50,498 nt of DNA from Mycobacterium sp. (GCF_035603715.1 NZ_DATNJW010000263.1:1-50498); one strand, 5' to 3'. Counted from the first letter of the stretch, positions 1 to 10,574 are shown. A program made the numbers and translations. The notes: generated by a model not told the origin, from the letters alone.

Positions 1-2
1 TC

Positions 3-515
3 GTCGGTGTCCTCGGCGTCGTGCGACTTCCCGGCAAGACAGTCGAGCAGTTCCTGCACAACGCCGTCGAGTTCGCCAACGACGTGCTGCCCGGCAACCT
101 TGGCGCAGTTATCACTATCGATCCAAAGACCCGCAAGCAGAACGCGCAGGCTTTCGATGACGCGATCGCGCGTCTCCGCTACGGGGCCATCGGCATCAAC
201 GCATGGACGGGGATGGCGTTTGCATTGGCGACCTGGGGGGCGTTTCCCGGTAATACCGCGCAAGACATCGGCAGCGGCACCGGAATGGTGCACAACACCT
301 TTATGCTCCCGAGACCTCAGAAAGCCGTCGTCGAGATCCCGTTTCGTCCCGCGCCGCGCTCGTTGTTCAACGGAGAACTGACCCTCTCGCCCAAGCCAGT
401 TTTCTTCACCACCAACAAGACAGCCGAAACCACCGTCAAGCGGCTCGTAAGATTCCTCGTCCACCGCAACCCCATCGCACTACCGCGGATTTTCCTGTCT
501 GCATTGCGCGGATGA
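3..515 (+). CDS. Aldehyde dehydrogenase family protein, C-terminal part (5' truncated by window edge)
   Basis: Frame is open from position 3. The sequence FLHNAVEFANDVLPGNLGA...LRYGAIGINAW...WGAFPG...GSGTGMVHN resembles the C-terminus of a divergent actinobacterial ALDH subfamily. Confidence 0.7.
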   Translation, partial: VGVLGVVRLPGKTVEQFLHNAVEFANDVLPGNLGAVITIDPKTRKQNAQAFDDAIARLRYGAIGINAWTGMAFALATWGAFPGNTAQDIGSGTGMVHNTFMLPRPQKAVVEIPFRPAPRSLFNGELTLSPKPVFFTTNKTAETTVKRLVRFLVHRNPIALPRIFLSALRG

Positions 516-558
516 ACTACACGGCTCCCGAATCGGCGTTTATTTCGCTTAGAAGCGA

Positions 559-2292
559 CTAGACCCGTCCGTCTGCCCACGGCGCGGGAAGAATCCCATC
601 CACGCTAACGACGCGGCTCTTGGCGCGCGGTGATGCGTTCGTCCTCGATGATCCGCCGAGCACACCTGCTGGGCCCGCCAGCGCGAAGTACCAGTGCTCC
701 TCCGCGCAGCCGTCTACGGTGCACTGCAATGCTCTGGCCAGGGCGTGATGGTCGGAGGCCAGCCAGCGAGTGCTGTGTTGGCGGTCGAATTCGGCCCATG
801 AGGGCACGGTGAACTCCTCGATCACAAGTTGGGGATCCTCGCCGCTGCGGTACAACCGCCAGCGATAGCCGCCGGTACGCGAGCGCGACCTGCCGACTTT
901 GAGCATCGCCGCGGCGAACTGGTGGATTCGGTCGTCGCTGACATGGTAGGAGGTCGAAATCAGGACCGGCCCGTCGCTGGGATCGGGCTGAAACACCAAC
1001 GTCGGCGTGGGCCAAGCGGTCGAAGTCGTCAGGTCGAGCGTTCCGGTTTCGGGACGCAGCGGAAGCACGGCCACGCTGGCCGCCGTCAGCAGAAGCAGGG
1101 CGGCTGCCGCCAAGAGCGAGTGCGCAAGCCCGAAGTGGGCGGCAATCAGACCCCACAGATAAGACCCGAGCGCTTGGGAACCGCTGAAGACCAGCAAATA
1201 CACCGCCATGCCACGGGCCCGCACCCATTGTGGCAGCGACAGCTGGATGGAGGCGTTGAGTGTAGTCAGGGTGGCGATCCACGCCATGCCGCACACCAGC
1301 AGCAGCGGGATCGCCGGGCCGAACGGGCCGATCGCTACCACGATTAGACCCAATGCATAGGCACCGGCCGAACCTGCCAACACGGCATTGGTTGCGAATA
1401 ATCTGCGGAGGTGCGCGATGAGGGCCACCCCGATGACGGCGCCGACGCCAAGGGCGGCGAGCACCAGGCCGTAACCGCAGGAGTTCATCTGCCAGTGCTG
1501 CGCGGCCGTGACGGGCAGCAGCGCCCACAACGCCGAGGCGGGAAACGCGAACAGCGCCGAGCGCAGGAGGATCCGGCGGGTGACGGGCCCGTGGCGGACC
1601 CATCGCAGTGCGGCCAGGATCGAGAGCCCGATGCTTTCGCGCTCGGCCAGCGGCGCGCAGCCGGGTCGCTTCCAGGACCGCAACGCGACGATGATCGCGG
1701 CGAACGACACCGCGTTCAGCGCGAACACCGCGGCCGGCCCGGCCTGCAGCACCACCATCCCGGCCAGGGCGGGTCCGATTGCGCGGGCCACGTTGACTGT
1801 GACGCTGCCCAGCGACGCCGCGGCGGGTATCTGTTCACGCGGAACGAGTTCGGGCTGGATCGCCTGCCACGCTGGGGCGGTCAGCGCTGAGCCACACCCG
1901 ATGGCCACGGTGAACAGCAGTAACAAGGTCGGGGTCAGAACCCCGGTGAATGCCAGTGCGGCAAGTACCGCGGCGACGAGCACCGCATAGGTTTGAATGA
2001 CGATGAGCAGCCGTCGCCGATCGAACAGATCGGCAAACACGCCGCCGAAGAGCCCCAAGACTAATGTCGGTGTGAGCGAAGCGGTTTGGACCAGTGCGAT
2101 GATGGTTGCACTGCTGTGGTGCTCAACCAGAAACCATTGGGCGCCGACGGTCTGCATCCACGTGCCGATGTTGGATACCAGCTGCGCGATGAATAAGTTG
2201 CGGTAAATCGCAATCTTCAGCGGTGCCCATGCCGAGGTCTCCTCGGGTGTTGCTGATTTCACAACGTCGGTGCTCACGGTCACAGCCGTCAT
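559..2292 (-). CDS. MFS transporter (MFS_3/DUF894 type) with C-terminal soluble dimeric alpha/beta-barrel-like domain
   Basis: About 12 hydrophobic segments, MFS motif A-like GVFADLFDRRRLL, SNIGTWMQ N-terminal motif, soluble tail (GPVLI...WRLYR...EEF..PSW.E..RQH). GAGGGAG RBS upstream. Confidence 0.88.
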   Translation of the reverse strand: MTAVTVSTDVVKSATPEETSAWAPLKIAIYRNLFIAQLVSNIGTWMQTVGAQWFLVEHHSSATIIALVQTASLTPTLVLGLFGGVFADLFDRRRLLIVIQTYAVLVAAVLAALAFTGVLTPTLLLLFTVAIGCGSALTAPAWQAIQPELVPREQIPAAASLGSVTVNVARAIGPALAGMVVLQAGPAAVFALNAVSFAAIIVALRSWKRPGCAPLAERESIGLSILAALRWVRHGPVTRRILLRSALFAFPASALWALLPVTAAQHWQMNSCGYGLVLAALGVGAVIGVALIAHLRRLFATNAVLAGSAGAYALGLIVVAIGPFGPAIPLLLVCGMAWIATLTTLNASIQLSLPQWVRARGMAVYLLVFSGSQALGSYLWGLIAAHFGLAHSLLAAAALLLLTAASVAVLPLRPETGTLDLTTSTAWPTPTLVFQPDPSDGPVLISTSYHVSDDRIHQFAAAMLKVGRSRSRTGGYRWRLYRSGEDPQLVIEEFTVPSWAEFDRQHSTRWLASDHHALARALQCTVDGCAEEHWYFALAGPAGVLGGSSRTNASPRAKSRVVSVDGILPAPWADGRV

Positions 2293-2467
2293 GCGCCGTT
2301 ACTCCCTCAAATCTCTGATCATCGACGTGTACTAATAGCTCACCGGGTTACAACAAGGTCGGTTCACGAATACTTCCTATTCGTTCAGGTATGACGTGCA
2401 CGGGCTGTAGAAGGTTCCGGCGCTGTCGGGAGGCTTCTTTCATCGCGTCTACGCGAGCAAATGACCT

Positions 2468-2501
2468 TCTCAGCGACTCCTCAGTGACCGATTTCTACGC
2501 T
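2468..2501 (+). promoter_or_regulatory. Direct-repeat response-regulator box (TCTCAG-cgact-CCTCAG) plus -10 TACGCT upstream of the ECF gene
   Basis: Hexamers at 2468-2473 and 2479-2484 (11-bp period). TACGCT at 2496-2501 lies 11 bp downstream. The same architecture recurs at 7574-7607. Confidence 0.65.
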
Positions 2502-2575
2502 GGCGCTCCCATGTGTAGGAGCGTGCGCCTCGCATGTCGAGGAAGCGGGTTGATAGCCCGGTTAGGGGTCACCAC

Positions 2576-5473
2576 ATGACGATTGGGTTGGGTCATCAGG
2601 CTGATGTCGACGCCTGTCACACGCCGTCGGTCGGGATGTCTAGTCAGGCTCGATCGCTACGGCCGCACGAATTGGCTCACGCATCGGTGATGGGCGCCCT
2701 GTGCGCGGCGGTTGCGATCGTTGCGGTCGTGCTCCCGCACGCCGGGTGGCTCGGGTTGCTCGGCAGCGTGCCGATGGGGCTGTTGGCCTATCGGTACCGG
2801 GTCGGCGTTGTGATCGCCGCGACGGTGGCGGCCGGTGTGATCGGGTTCTTGGTAGTCGGTTTGAGCGGCTTCAGCGCTGTCGCGCTCTGCGCCTTCGTCG
2901 GCGGCCTGGCTGGAATCGTGAAACGGCATCGTCGTGGCCTGTCCACCGTGATCTGCGCATCGACCAGTGTCGGTGCCGTCATCGGTGCCGTGATGGTCGT
3001 CGCACTTACTGTTCTGACGCAGCTTCGGCAGCTGATGTTCCACGCGATCACCGCCGCCGTGTACGGAGTCGCGACAATCTTGGTGAGGGTGCCACACCTG
3101 CAGGGCGTCGCCCGTTGGTTCGCGAGTTTCGTTGCCGGAGCGCTGAACTACTGGCAGTGGTTCGTGCTCGGGTTCGCCGTCGTCGCGATGATGGGCGCCT
3201 CGATGATCGGTTGGTGGGTGCTTTCCCGCGTACTGGAACGGCTGGGCGGCATTCCCGATGTGCACAAGCTGGACGCGTCGCCCGATACCGGGCCGATCCA
3301 GCCGGTCCCGGTGCGGCTTGACGAGGTGCGTCTGCGTTATCCGCGCACCGACCATGACGCACTGCGCGCGGTCAGCCTGAGTGTGCTGCCAGCCGAACAC
3401 GTTGCGGTCACTGGTGCCAACGGCGCCGGCAAGACCACGCTGATGCTGATTTTGGCCGGCCGCGAACCGACCTCGGGCACGGTCGAGCGTCTTGGTGCGG
3501 TGGGTCTCGGTCAACTCGGTGGCACCGCCGTCGTCATGCAACACCCGGAAAGCCAGGTGCTGGGCACGCGGGTCGCCGACGACGTGGTGTGGGGACTGCC
3601 TCCCGGCAAGACCATCGACGTCGACCGATTACTCAATGAAGTCGGGCTGGTCGGCCTCGCCGAACGCGACACCGGCAGCCTGTCGGGTGGGGAGTTGCAG
3701 CGCCTCGCCGTGGCCGCAGCGCTGGCGCGGGAGCCGGCGCTGCTCATTGCCGACGAGGTCACCAGCATGGTCGACCAGCAGGGCCGGGACGCACTGCTGG
3801 CCGTGCTGTCCGGTCTCTCCGACCATCACCAAACCGCGCTGGTACACATCACTCACTACAACAACGAGGCTCAATACGCCGACCGCACAATCAATCTCAG
3901 CGATTCGCTGGATAACACCGCTATGGTCGAGACCGTGCCCGCGCCGACGGTGACGGTGGGCTACGATTCTCCCGCGCCGGTGCTCAAACTCGCAGGGATA
4001 GGCCACGAGTACGCAAGTGGCACCCCTTGGGCACGAACCGCGCTCCGCGACGTCAACTTCGTCGTGCATGAGGGCGACGGGCTTCTGATCCACGGCGGCA
4101 ACGGCTCCGGTAAGTCGACCCTGGCGTGGATCATGGCCGGGTTGACGGTACCCACCGCCGGCACCTGTCTGCTTGACAAGCGGCTCGCCTCGGAGCAGGT
4201 GGGTGCAGTAGCGCTCCAGTTCCAGGCGGCCCGGTTGCAGTTGATGCGCAGCCGTGTCGACCTGGAAGTGGCTTCGGCAGGCGGCTTTTCGCCTGACGAC
4301 CACGCCCGAGTGATCGCAGCGCTGGCCGATGTCGGGCTGGATGCCGCGCTGGCGACGCGGCCCATTGACCAACTCAGCGGTGGCCAGATGCGGCGCGTGG
4401 TGCTGGCCGGATTGCTGTCGCGGTCGCCGCGGGTATTGATACTCGACGAGCCGTTGGCGGGGCTGGATGCCGCCAGCCAGCGCGGGCTTGTGCGGCTGCT
4501 CGCGGACCGGCGCCGTGACACCGGTCTGACCGTGGTGGTGATTTCGCACGACTTCGCCGGGCTGGAGGAGCTGTGCCCGCGCACGCTGCACCTGCGCGAC
4601 GGCGTACTGGAGGCGACGCCCGTCGCGGCCGAGGTTAGTGAGCTGCCGGCGCAGCGCCCGAGCCGCCGCCCACGTCGACCCGTTGTGTTGCTGCGGCCTG
4701 TGCCTGGACGCTCCGTCATCCACGACCTGTGGGCCGGCACCAAACTGCTTGTCGCTTTCGGTGTTTCAGTGTTGTTGACGCTCTCCCCGGGGTGGGTGAC
4801 GATCGGGCTCGTTGCCGCGTTGGTCGCGGCGGGAGTGCGGCTGGCGCGTATTCCCCGCGGTGCGCTCCCATCGTTGCCGCGCTGGCTTCCGGCCGTGCTG
4901 CTAATCGTCGGTATCACTGCGACATTGGCCGGTGGTAGTCCGCGGCTCCAGGTGGGCACAGTCACGCTCGGTCTCGGCGGCCTATTGGAATTCCTGCGAT
5001 TCACCGCGCTGTCGGCGGTGTTGCTCGGGATGGGCGCGCTGGTGTCGTGGACGACGAACGTCGCCGAAATCGCCCCTGCGGTTGCCACTTTGGGGCGCAG
5101 ACTGCGACGGCTGCACATCCCGGTCGACGACTGGTCTGTCGCACTGGCGCTCGGTTTGCGTACCTTCCCGATGCTGATCGACGAGTTCCGGGTGCTGTAT
5201 GCCGCTCGCCGGTTGCGACTCCAATCGACACCGCGGACTCGCGGGCCCCGTCTCAGGCAATTGGTAACGGACGCGGTCGACTTGATCGTCGCGGTGATCA
5301 CGGTGACGCTGCGACGTGCGGACGAGATGGGCGATGCGATCACCGCCCGGGGTGGATCGGGTCAGATCTCAGCAGCCCCGTCGCGGCCGAAAAAGGCTGA
5401 CTGGCTGGCACTTTCGATCGCTGCCGCGGTATGCGGTGCCGCCGTGGCGTTGCCGCTGCTGTGGGGCGCCTAG
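2576..5473 (+). CDS. Fused ECF-type ABC transporter: N-terminal membrane domain + two ABC ATPase domains + EcfT/CbiQ transmembrane domain
   Basis: Hydrophobic N-terminal ~230 aa. Walker A GANGAGKT and GGNGSGKS, signatures LSGGE and LSGGQ, Walker B LIADE and ILDE. C-terminal EcfT-like region with AARR and TARG motifs. Resembles M. tuberculosis Rv2326c+Rv2325c in one frame. Start uncertain (2534/2576/2636). Confidence 0.85.
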   Translation: MTIGLGHQADVDACHTPSVGMSSQARSLRPHELAHASVMGALCAAVAIVAVVLPHAGWLGLLGSVPMGLLAYRYRVGVVIAATVAAGVIGFLVVGLSGFSAVALCAFVGGLAGIVKRHRRGLSTVICASTSVGAVIGAVMVVALTVLTQLRQLMFHAITAAVYGVATILVRVPHLQGVARWFASFVAGALNYWQWFVLGFAVVAMMGASMIGWWVLSRVLERLGGIPDVHKLDASPDTGPIQPVPVRLDEVRLRYPRTDHDALRAVSLSVLPAEHVAVTGANGAGKTTLMLILAGREPTSGTVERLGAVGLGQLGGTAVVMQHPESQVLGTRVADDVVWGLPPGKTIDVDRLLNEVGLVGLAERDTGSLSGGELQRLAVAAALAREPALLIADEVTSMVDQQGRDALLAVLSGLSDHHQTALVHITHYNNEAQYADRTINLSDSLDNTAMVETVPAPTVTVGYDSPAPVLKLAGIGHEYASGTPWARTALRDVNFVVHEGDGLLIHGGNGSGKSTLAWIMAGLTVPTAGTCLLDKRLASEQVGAVALQFQAARLQLMRSRVDLEVASAGGFSPDDHARVIAALADVGLDAALATRPIDQLSGGQMRRVVLAGLLSRSPRVLILDEPLAGLDAASQRGLVRLLADRRRDTGLTVVVISHDFAGLEELCPRTLHLRDGVLEATPVAAEVSELPAQRPSRRPRRPVVLLRPVPGRSVIHDLWAGTKLLVAFGVSVLLTLSPGWVTIGLVAALVAAGVRLARIPRGALPSLPRWLPAVLLIVGITATLAGGSPRLQVGTVTLGLGGLLEFLRFTALSAVLLGMGALVSWTTNVAEIAPAVATLGRRLRRLHIPVDDWSVALALGLRTFPMLIDEFRVLYAARRLRLQSTPRTRGPRLRQLVTDAVDLIVAVITVTLRRADEMGDAITARGGSGQISAAPSRPKKADWLALSIAAAVCGAAVALPLLWGA

Positions 5474-5486
5474 CGGCCGACAGTTC

Positions 5487-6767
5487 TCAGAACCGCACCA
5501 GTGCCGGCACGTCGGCGAGCGCGCAGTCCGGGATGCGTTCGGCCGCGCGCAGCAGGAAGTTGAGCTTCTCGATGCGCTCGCCCGACCGCGGCGCGCCGTT
5601 CTTCTGGAACGGCGCGCCTAGTCCCACCGCCAGGTCCATCACGACGTCGTCGATGACACCGCCGGACCGGCCCGACGGGATCGCCAGAATGGCGTTCTGT
5701 GAGGCGTATTCGAAGCAGTCCAGTGCCTCGGCGATGGTCCCGACTTGGTTGGGCTTCAGAACGAATCCGTCAACGGCCGAGGTCGTTACGGCCCGTTCCA
5801 GACGCTGGGGGTTGGTGACGATCAGGTCGTCGCCGAGGATGATCGAGCGGTCGATGGTCTGCACCGCCTTGGTGAAGCCATCCCAGTCATCCCCGTCAAA
5901 CAGGTCCTCGATGAACACGATCGGAAAGTCCTCCGACAGCGCCCGGGCGTAATCGATCAGGGCTTCGGCGACCACCCGCTCGCCGTTCAATGCGTATGTC
6001 TGCGTGCACTCGTCGTAGACCGCGCTGGACGCACAGTCCAAGGCAAACGCCATGACGTCGGTGCAGCCGGCGCGCTCGACGGCCTTGGCCAGTACCTCCA
6101 TGACGACCCGCGGGTCACTGGACGGAGCGACATACCCGTAAGACGACGCCATCAACGGTGCGTGGCCAAGCCGCTCGCCAAGCAGCTCGCCCAGCACGCC
6201 GAACAGACTCACTCCCTTTTCGACCGCCGACTCGATGGAGTCGGCGCGATACGGCACCACAAGGAACTCGTTGAACGGCTGGAAGATATCTCCGTAACGG
6301 CCACCGTTGATCATGTTGAAACTGGGTGCCGGCACCGTACTTGGTGGTTTGAGCCCCAGCAATGCAGCGACGTAGGTATAGGTGGGTATGGCCGCAGCCG
6401 CGGACGCCGCGCGCAACAGCGCGATCGAAGTGGAGTAGATGGCATTTCCGCCAAGGCGGTGCTTGTCCGGCGTGCCGTCGAGCTCGATCAGGACCCGGTC
6501 TAAAGACCGCGGGTCGTCGAGTTCGGCGCCAACGAGTACAGGAGCGATTTCGTCGGTCACTGCCGAGACGGCGCGGTGCACACTCAGCCCGTCGTATTCG
6601 GCCCGGTTTCCGTCACGTATTACAACGGCTTCATGCGCTCCGACCGAAATGCCGGTCGGCGACGCGCCGCGGCCGACATGGCCTGTGTCGGTGGTGATTT
6701 CGACCTCAACCAACGGACGTGCCTTGCAGTCCAGCACTTGGCGGGCCACGACGGACGCGATCCGCAT
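5487..6767 (-). CDS. Enolase-family protein, divergent paralogue
   Basis: Enolase fold motifs ARQVLD, LGGNAI, NMINGG, IEDL, GDDL, LKPNQVGT, RSG and ERIEKLN..LR are present, but several catalytic motifs are altered. AGGAGG RBS upstream. Confidence 0.85.
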   Translation of the reverse strand: MRIASVVARQVLDCKARPLVEVEITTDTGHVGRGASPTGISVGAHEAVVIRDGNRAEYDGLSVHRAVSAVTDEIAPVLVGAELDDPRSLDRVLIELDGTPDKHRLGGNAIYSTSIALLRAASAAAAIPTYTYVAALLGLKPPSTVPAPSFNMINGGRYGDIFQPFNEFLVVPYRADSIESAVEKGVSLFGVLGELLGERLGHAPLMASSYGYVAPSSDPRVVMEVLAKAVERAGCTDVMAFALDCASSAVYDECTQTYALNGERVVAEALIDYARALSEDFPIVFIEDLFDGDDWDGFTKAVQTIDRSIILGDDLIVTNPQRLERAVTTSAVDGFVLKPNQVGTIAEALDCFEYASQNAILAIPSGRSGGVIDDVVMDLAVGLGAPFQKNGAPRSGERIEKLNFLLRAAERIPDCALADVPALVRF

Positions 6768-6797
6768 CAAGGACCTCCTAGCGCCAGACGACTTGTC

Positions 6798-7538
6798 TCA
6801 AAACACCACGAGGCAGACTGCCACGAAGTGGCAAATCGCAGCGACTGCTGTTAATCCGTGAAATAGCTCGTGATAGCCGAAGGTCGAAGGCCACGGGTCG
6901 GGCCAGCGTAGTGCGTAAAACACCGCGCCAATGCTGTAAAGCGCACCCCCGACTGCGAGCAGGACGGCCGCTGCCACGCCGGCGTTATGCAGGATCGTCG
7001 CTGCGTACCAAATCGCTACCCAACCCAACAGCAGGTAGAGCGCAACGCCCAGCCAGCGCGGGGCGTCGGGCCAGAACAGCGTCAGCGCAACTCCGGCCAC
7101 CGCGCCGCCCCATACGATCGCTAACACCTGACGCCCAGTCGACGGTGGCATGTCCAGCAAGGCGAACGGCGTATACGTGCCGGCGATGAACACAAAGATC
7201 ATCGAATGGTCCAGCCGCCTCATCCATTTCCTGGCGGCCGTCGAACCCCACCTGACGCGGTGATACGTGGCGCTTACGGCAAACATCGCCACGATCGCCA
7301 GCGTGTAGGCCAACGTCGCGTACGCGGCTCGCGTCGATGTCACTGCCCATGACACCGCGACCAGCGCCGAACCGGCTACCAGCGCCGCGTAGGCGCAGCA
7401 AAGATGGATCCATCCGCGCATCCGTGGCTTGCACAGCACACTGGTCTCGGACTCGACGAAACGTCCGGCGCGGCGGAGATCAGAGCTCGGTCGGGACGCC
7501 GTGGCCGGGACGGGCGCGTCGATGGGGTGGCTCATCAT
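6798..7538 (-). CDS. Hemolysin III / PAQR family membrane protein (TrhA-like)
   Basis: [29 protein letters not shown] and FGYHELFH motifs; about 7 TM helices; AGGGAGG RBS. Confidence 0.9.
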   Translation of the reverse strand: MMSHPIDAPVPATASRPSSDLRRAGRFVESETSVLCKPRMRGWIHLCCAYAALVAGSALVAVSWAVTSTRAAYATLAYTLAIVAMFAVSATYHRVRWGSTAARKWMRRLDHSMIFVFIAGTYTPFALLDMPPSTGRQVLAIVWGGAVAGVALTLFWPDAPRWLGVALYLLLGWVAIWYAATILHNAGVAAAVLLAVGGALYSIGAVFYALRWPDPWPSTFGYHELFHGLTAVAAICHFVAVCLVVF

Positions 7539-7573
7539 CCCTCCCTTGCAGTCGCTGTCGACCTGGCAGCGCC

Positions 7574-7607
7574 ACGGTAGGAGCGAGTCGCTGAGAAGTC
7601 GCTGAGG
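7574..7607 (-). promoter_or_regulatory. Direct-repeat box (CCTCAG-cgact-TCTCAG) plus -10 TACCGT upstream of the hlyIII-enolase operon
   Basis: The plus strand shows AGTCGCTGAG twice at an 11-bp period (7586, 7597). On the minus strand TACCGT lies 11 bp after the box. Confidence 0.65.
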
Positions 7608-7656
7608 AAGGCCATCGGGGCGGCTGGCGTGCGGACGGGATGGTTGATTTCGCTGT

Positions 7657-7690
7657 TCTCAGCCGGCTTTGAGCACTGGAGAATCAGACT
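7657..7690 (+). promoter_or_regulatory. Degenerate direct-repeat box (TCTCAG-ccggc-TTTGAG) plus -10-like CAGACT upstream of the histidine kinase
   Basis: Same 5-bp spacer and 11-bp distance to the -10-like hexamer as the other boxes; second half-site is degenerate. Confidence 0.4.
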
Positions 7691-7738
7691 GTGGGGGTGT
7701 CTTCCTGGCCGCTGCGGCGAAGTGAGCTCGCGCGGGTG

Positions 7739-9100
7739 ATGCGCCTGCCCAATTTGGGTATCTCGGCTCGCTCAGCCGCCACCTCAGCGGTGGTCGTCCT
7801 GGTCGCTTTCGCGTTCGCGGGCGCGGCCTTTGACCTGATCTTGTATCGGACGTTGTTGGCGGGTGTCGACGATGCCACCGCGGGCAGAGCTCGCACCATA
7901 GTTGACGCACTGCATTCGGGTTCGCCCGACGCGCTCGACAGTGCGCTTCTTGCCACCACTCAGCGTGTGGTCGCAATCCAGTTGATCGCCCCTGACGGCA
8001 CGGTGGTGAAGCGGGCCGGGTCCGCACCTGCGACACCTCTGATACCCATCAACGAGTTCGACTTCAACTTGCGACGCGGCATGCCCGACGATGCGGTGGC
8101 CGATGACGACATGCGCGTGAGCGGTCAAAAGGTCAACGCCAGGTCCGGTCAGTACACAGTGCTTGTCGGCGGAGGTAGCGAAGCGGTCGAAGCGATTGTG
8201 CGGACCGTCGCGCTGCTGGTGGCTGGCACCGCCCCAATCATCGCCGGAGTAGCGGCAACCGCCACCTACCGGCTCGTTCGCCGTTCACTGCAATCGGTAG
8301 ATGCCATCCGCAGCAGGGTGGCTGAAATCTCAACCTCCGATTTGGCCGAGCGAGTACCCGTGCCAACGAGTCGTGACGAAATCTCAGCCCTCGCAGTCAC
8401 TATGAACGAAATGCTGGCACGGCTCGAGGCCGGCCACCAAGCGCAACAGCGATTCCTCAGCGACGCCTCGCACGAACTGCGCAGCCCACTGGCCACCATC
8501 ATCTCCGGATTGGAGGTCGCCGAGGCGCATCCGGAATTGCTTGATGCGGAATTGGCCGTCGACACCCTGCTTCCCGAGGCGCACCGCATGCGGGTGCTGA
8601 TCGAGGATCTGCTCTTGCTGGCCCGTGCCGATGAACAAAGCGTGGTGATGCGCAAGGAAGAGGTGGCCCTCGACGAACTCGCTGAGGTCGAAGCCGCTCG
8701 TGTTCGACGCGAAGCGGGATGCACGGTCCACGCCGATATCTGCCCATCGCGTCTCACCGCCGACCCGGCCGGGATGTCGCGGATGATCCGCAATCTGGTG
8801 GACAATGCGGTGCGCCATGCGAATTCGCTTATCGTTATCGAAGTCAGCAGCCGGGACAGAACAGCTATTCTCAGCATTGGTGACGACGGTCCTGGCATTG
8901 CCCCGGCCGAACGAACGCGGGTATTCGAACGCTTCGTGCGTCTGGATTCGGATCGCTCCCGCAGCAGCGGGGGAGCCGGCTTGGGCTTAGCGATCGTTGC
9001 CGAGGTAGTAGCCGCCCATGGCGGCACAGTCAGCATCGACGATCGACCTGGTGGCGGGACCAAGGTGACCGTGGCATTGCCTCAACACAGCAACCGATAA
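7739..9100 (+). CDS. Two-component sensor histidine kinase (2 TM, HAMP, HisKA, HATPase)
   Basis: H-box DASHELRSPL, N-box NLVDNAVRH, G1 DDGPGI, F-box FERF, G2 GAGLGL. Start uncertain (7691/7739). Confidence 0.93.
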   Translation: MRLPNLGISARSAATSAVVVLVAFAFAGAAFDLILYRTLLAGVDDATAGRARTIVDALHSGSPDALDSALLATTQRVVAIQLIAPDGTVVKRAGSAPATPLIPINEFDFNLRRGMPDDAVADDDMRVSGQKVNARSGQYTVLVGGGSEAVEAIVRTVALLVAGTAPIIAGVAATATYRLVRRSLQSVDAIRSRVAEISTSDLAERVPVPTSRDEISALAVTMNEMLARLEAGHQAQQRFLSDASHELRSPLATIISGLEVAEAHPELLDAELAVDTLLPEAHRMRVLIEDLLLLARADEQSVVMRKEEVALDELAEVEAARVRREAGCTVHADICPSRLTADPAGMSRMIRNLVDNAVRHANSLIVIEVSSRDRTAILSIGDDGPGIAPAERTRVFERFVRLDSDRSRSSGGAGLGLAIVAEVVAAHGGTVSIDDRPGGGTKVTVALPQHSNR

Positions 9101-9750
9101 CCGACACCGCGGATTGTCTCGATGGTGTTGGTATCGAACGGAACGTCAATCTTCCGCCGCAGATATCCGACATAGACCTCGACAACATTGTCGGGACCCT
9201 GATAGTGCGCATCCCACACGTTCCGCAATATCTCGGCTTTTGTCACCACCATGTCCTTGTTGCGCATCAGGAATTCGAGCAGCCCAAACTCGCGCGGAGT
9301 CAGTGTGATTGGGATCGAACCACGTTCAACCTTGTGTCGTGCAGGATCGAGAGACAGTGATCCGGCGGTCAACACCACCGGTCGCTCCGGCGCACCACGA
9401 CGGACCAAGGCATGGATCCGTGCCACGAGCACGCGGAACGAAAACGGTTTAGTCAGATAGTCATCCGCTCCGAGATCGAACGCATCGGTCTCGTCGTACT
9501 CACCGTCCTTGGCAGTCAGCATGAGCACCGGTGTCCATACGTCCTGTGCGCGCATTCGTCGCAGGACCTCATATCCACTATGGCCGGGCAGCATGATGTC
9601 GAGGACCACCACGTCGAAGTTGTTCTCGATCGCCTCGTATAAGCCGTCGACGCCATTACCGACGGACACGACGACGAAGCCTTCGGCCTTCAGGCCCCTG
9701 GTGAGAGTCGTCGATAACCGCGGCTCATCCTCGACGAGCAGAACTCTCAT
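9082..9750 (-). CDS. OmpR/PhoB-family response regulator
   Basis: MRVLLVEDE start, LDIMLP phosphoacceptor, LTA, GADDYLTKPF, winged helix VEVYVGYLRRK...TIRGVGY. The ATG at 9750 overlaps the upstream stop (ATGA). Confidence 0.95.
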   Translation of the reverse strand: MRVLLVEDEPRLSTTLTRGLKAEGFVVVSVGNGVDGLYEAIENNFDVVVLDIMLPGHSGYEVLRRMRAQDVWTPVLMLTAKDGEYDETDAFDLGADDYLTKPFSFRVLVARIHALVRRGAPERPVVLTAGSLSLDPARHKVERGSIPITLTPREFGLLEFLMRNKDMVVTKAEILRNVWDAHYQGPDNVVEVYVGYLRRKIDVPFDTNTIETIRGVGYRLLC

Positions 9751-10574
9751 GCCGGTGCCTCCGCCGGATGACGTCCCGGGCGCTGTGGCAGCACGACGAT
9801 CAGCACGACAATGACGGCCGCGATGACTGCCGAGGCCAGCGGCCGGCTCAGGGCGAGGCCGCCGTCGGCGACGGGCTTGTCGACGAAGTCGCCCACGGTT
9901 GCGCCCAACGGCCGCGTCAGGATGAAAGCGACCCAAAACAAGGTGACGCGCGACATCTCGGTCCAGTAATACAGGGCTATGACGATCGCGAGCGCCGCGG
10001 CGAACACCAGCGCGCCCCGCTCGTATCCAATTCCGCGTGTGTCAGCGAGCCAGTCGCCGAGCGCGGTGCCCAACGTCTGCGAAAACGTGATGGTTGCCCA
10101 GTAGAACGCCTCGACTTTCGGCGTAGAAACAGTGCTGACAGCCACTGTTCCCTCGGACCAACGCCAGAGTCCCAGCGTCGCCAGCAGGCAACCTAGAAGC
10201 AGAAGCGATCCGCCGGTGTAGCCGATTCCCAACGATCGGTCGGCGAAATCCGCCAGAGTCGTGCCGAAGGTCGTCGAAGCCACGATCGTCGCCCAATACA
10301 GCGTCGCGTGGAAACGCTTGGCGAGGATCTGCCCGGCGACCAGCACCACTAACGCGATGCCGAAAAGTGCGACTCCAGCCACGTAACCCCAGTTCAGGGT
10401 CATCGTGACGGTGTCGCCGCCCGTCTCGCCCAAGGTTGTGGCCAAAATCTTGATGACCCAGAAGCCCAAGGTCACCGCCGGCACCTTGGTCAACGCCTGT
10501 TTCGGGCCTTCATCGGCTAACAAGTTTGCGGCCTCACGTGAAATCGGTGGGAATCGAGAGCTGTGCTCGACCAT
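9747..10574 (-). CDS. COG4705 / DUF347 repeat membrane protein
   Basis: KVPAVTLGFWVIKILATTLGETGGD N-terminus and repeated W......T...GT...D units (YWATIVASTTFGTTLAD, YWATITFSQTLGTALGD, FWVAFILTRPLGATVGD). Confidence 0.88.
   Translation of the reverse strand: MVEHSSRFPPISREAANLLADEGPKQALTKVPAVTLGFWVIKILATTLGETGGDTVTMTLNWGYVAGVALFGIALVVLVAGQILAKRFHATLYWATIVASTTFGTTLADFADRSLGIGYTGGSLLLLGCLLATLGLWRWSEGTVAVSTVSTPKVEAFYWATITFSQTLGTALGDWLADTRGIGYERGALVFAAALAIVIALYYWTEMSRVTLFWVAFILTRPLGATVGDFVDKPVADGGLALSRPLASAVIAAVIVVLIVVLPQRPGRHPAEAPA

Noticed and set aside
2293-2460. Possible riboswitch upstream of the MFS gene (hairpin ACGAATA/TATTCGT, weak dyad near 2327-2343)
   Set aside because: No match to riboswitch consensus sequences I know; a single short stem is insufficient.
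3629-5343. 364-aa and 460-aa minus-strand ORFs
   Set aside because: Antisense to the well-supported ECF transporter gene, with low-complexity Arg/Ser/Ala-rich translations.
9751-9936. N-terminal extension of the response regulator in the ORF track
   Set aside because: Overlaps the DUF347 gene out of frame; the receiver domain starts at ATG 9750, coupled by ATGA.
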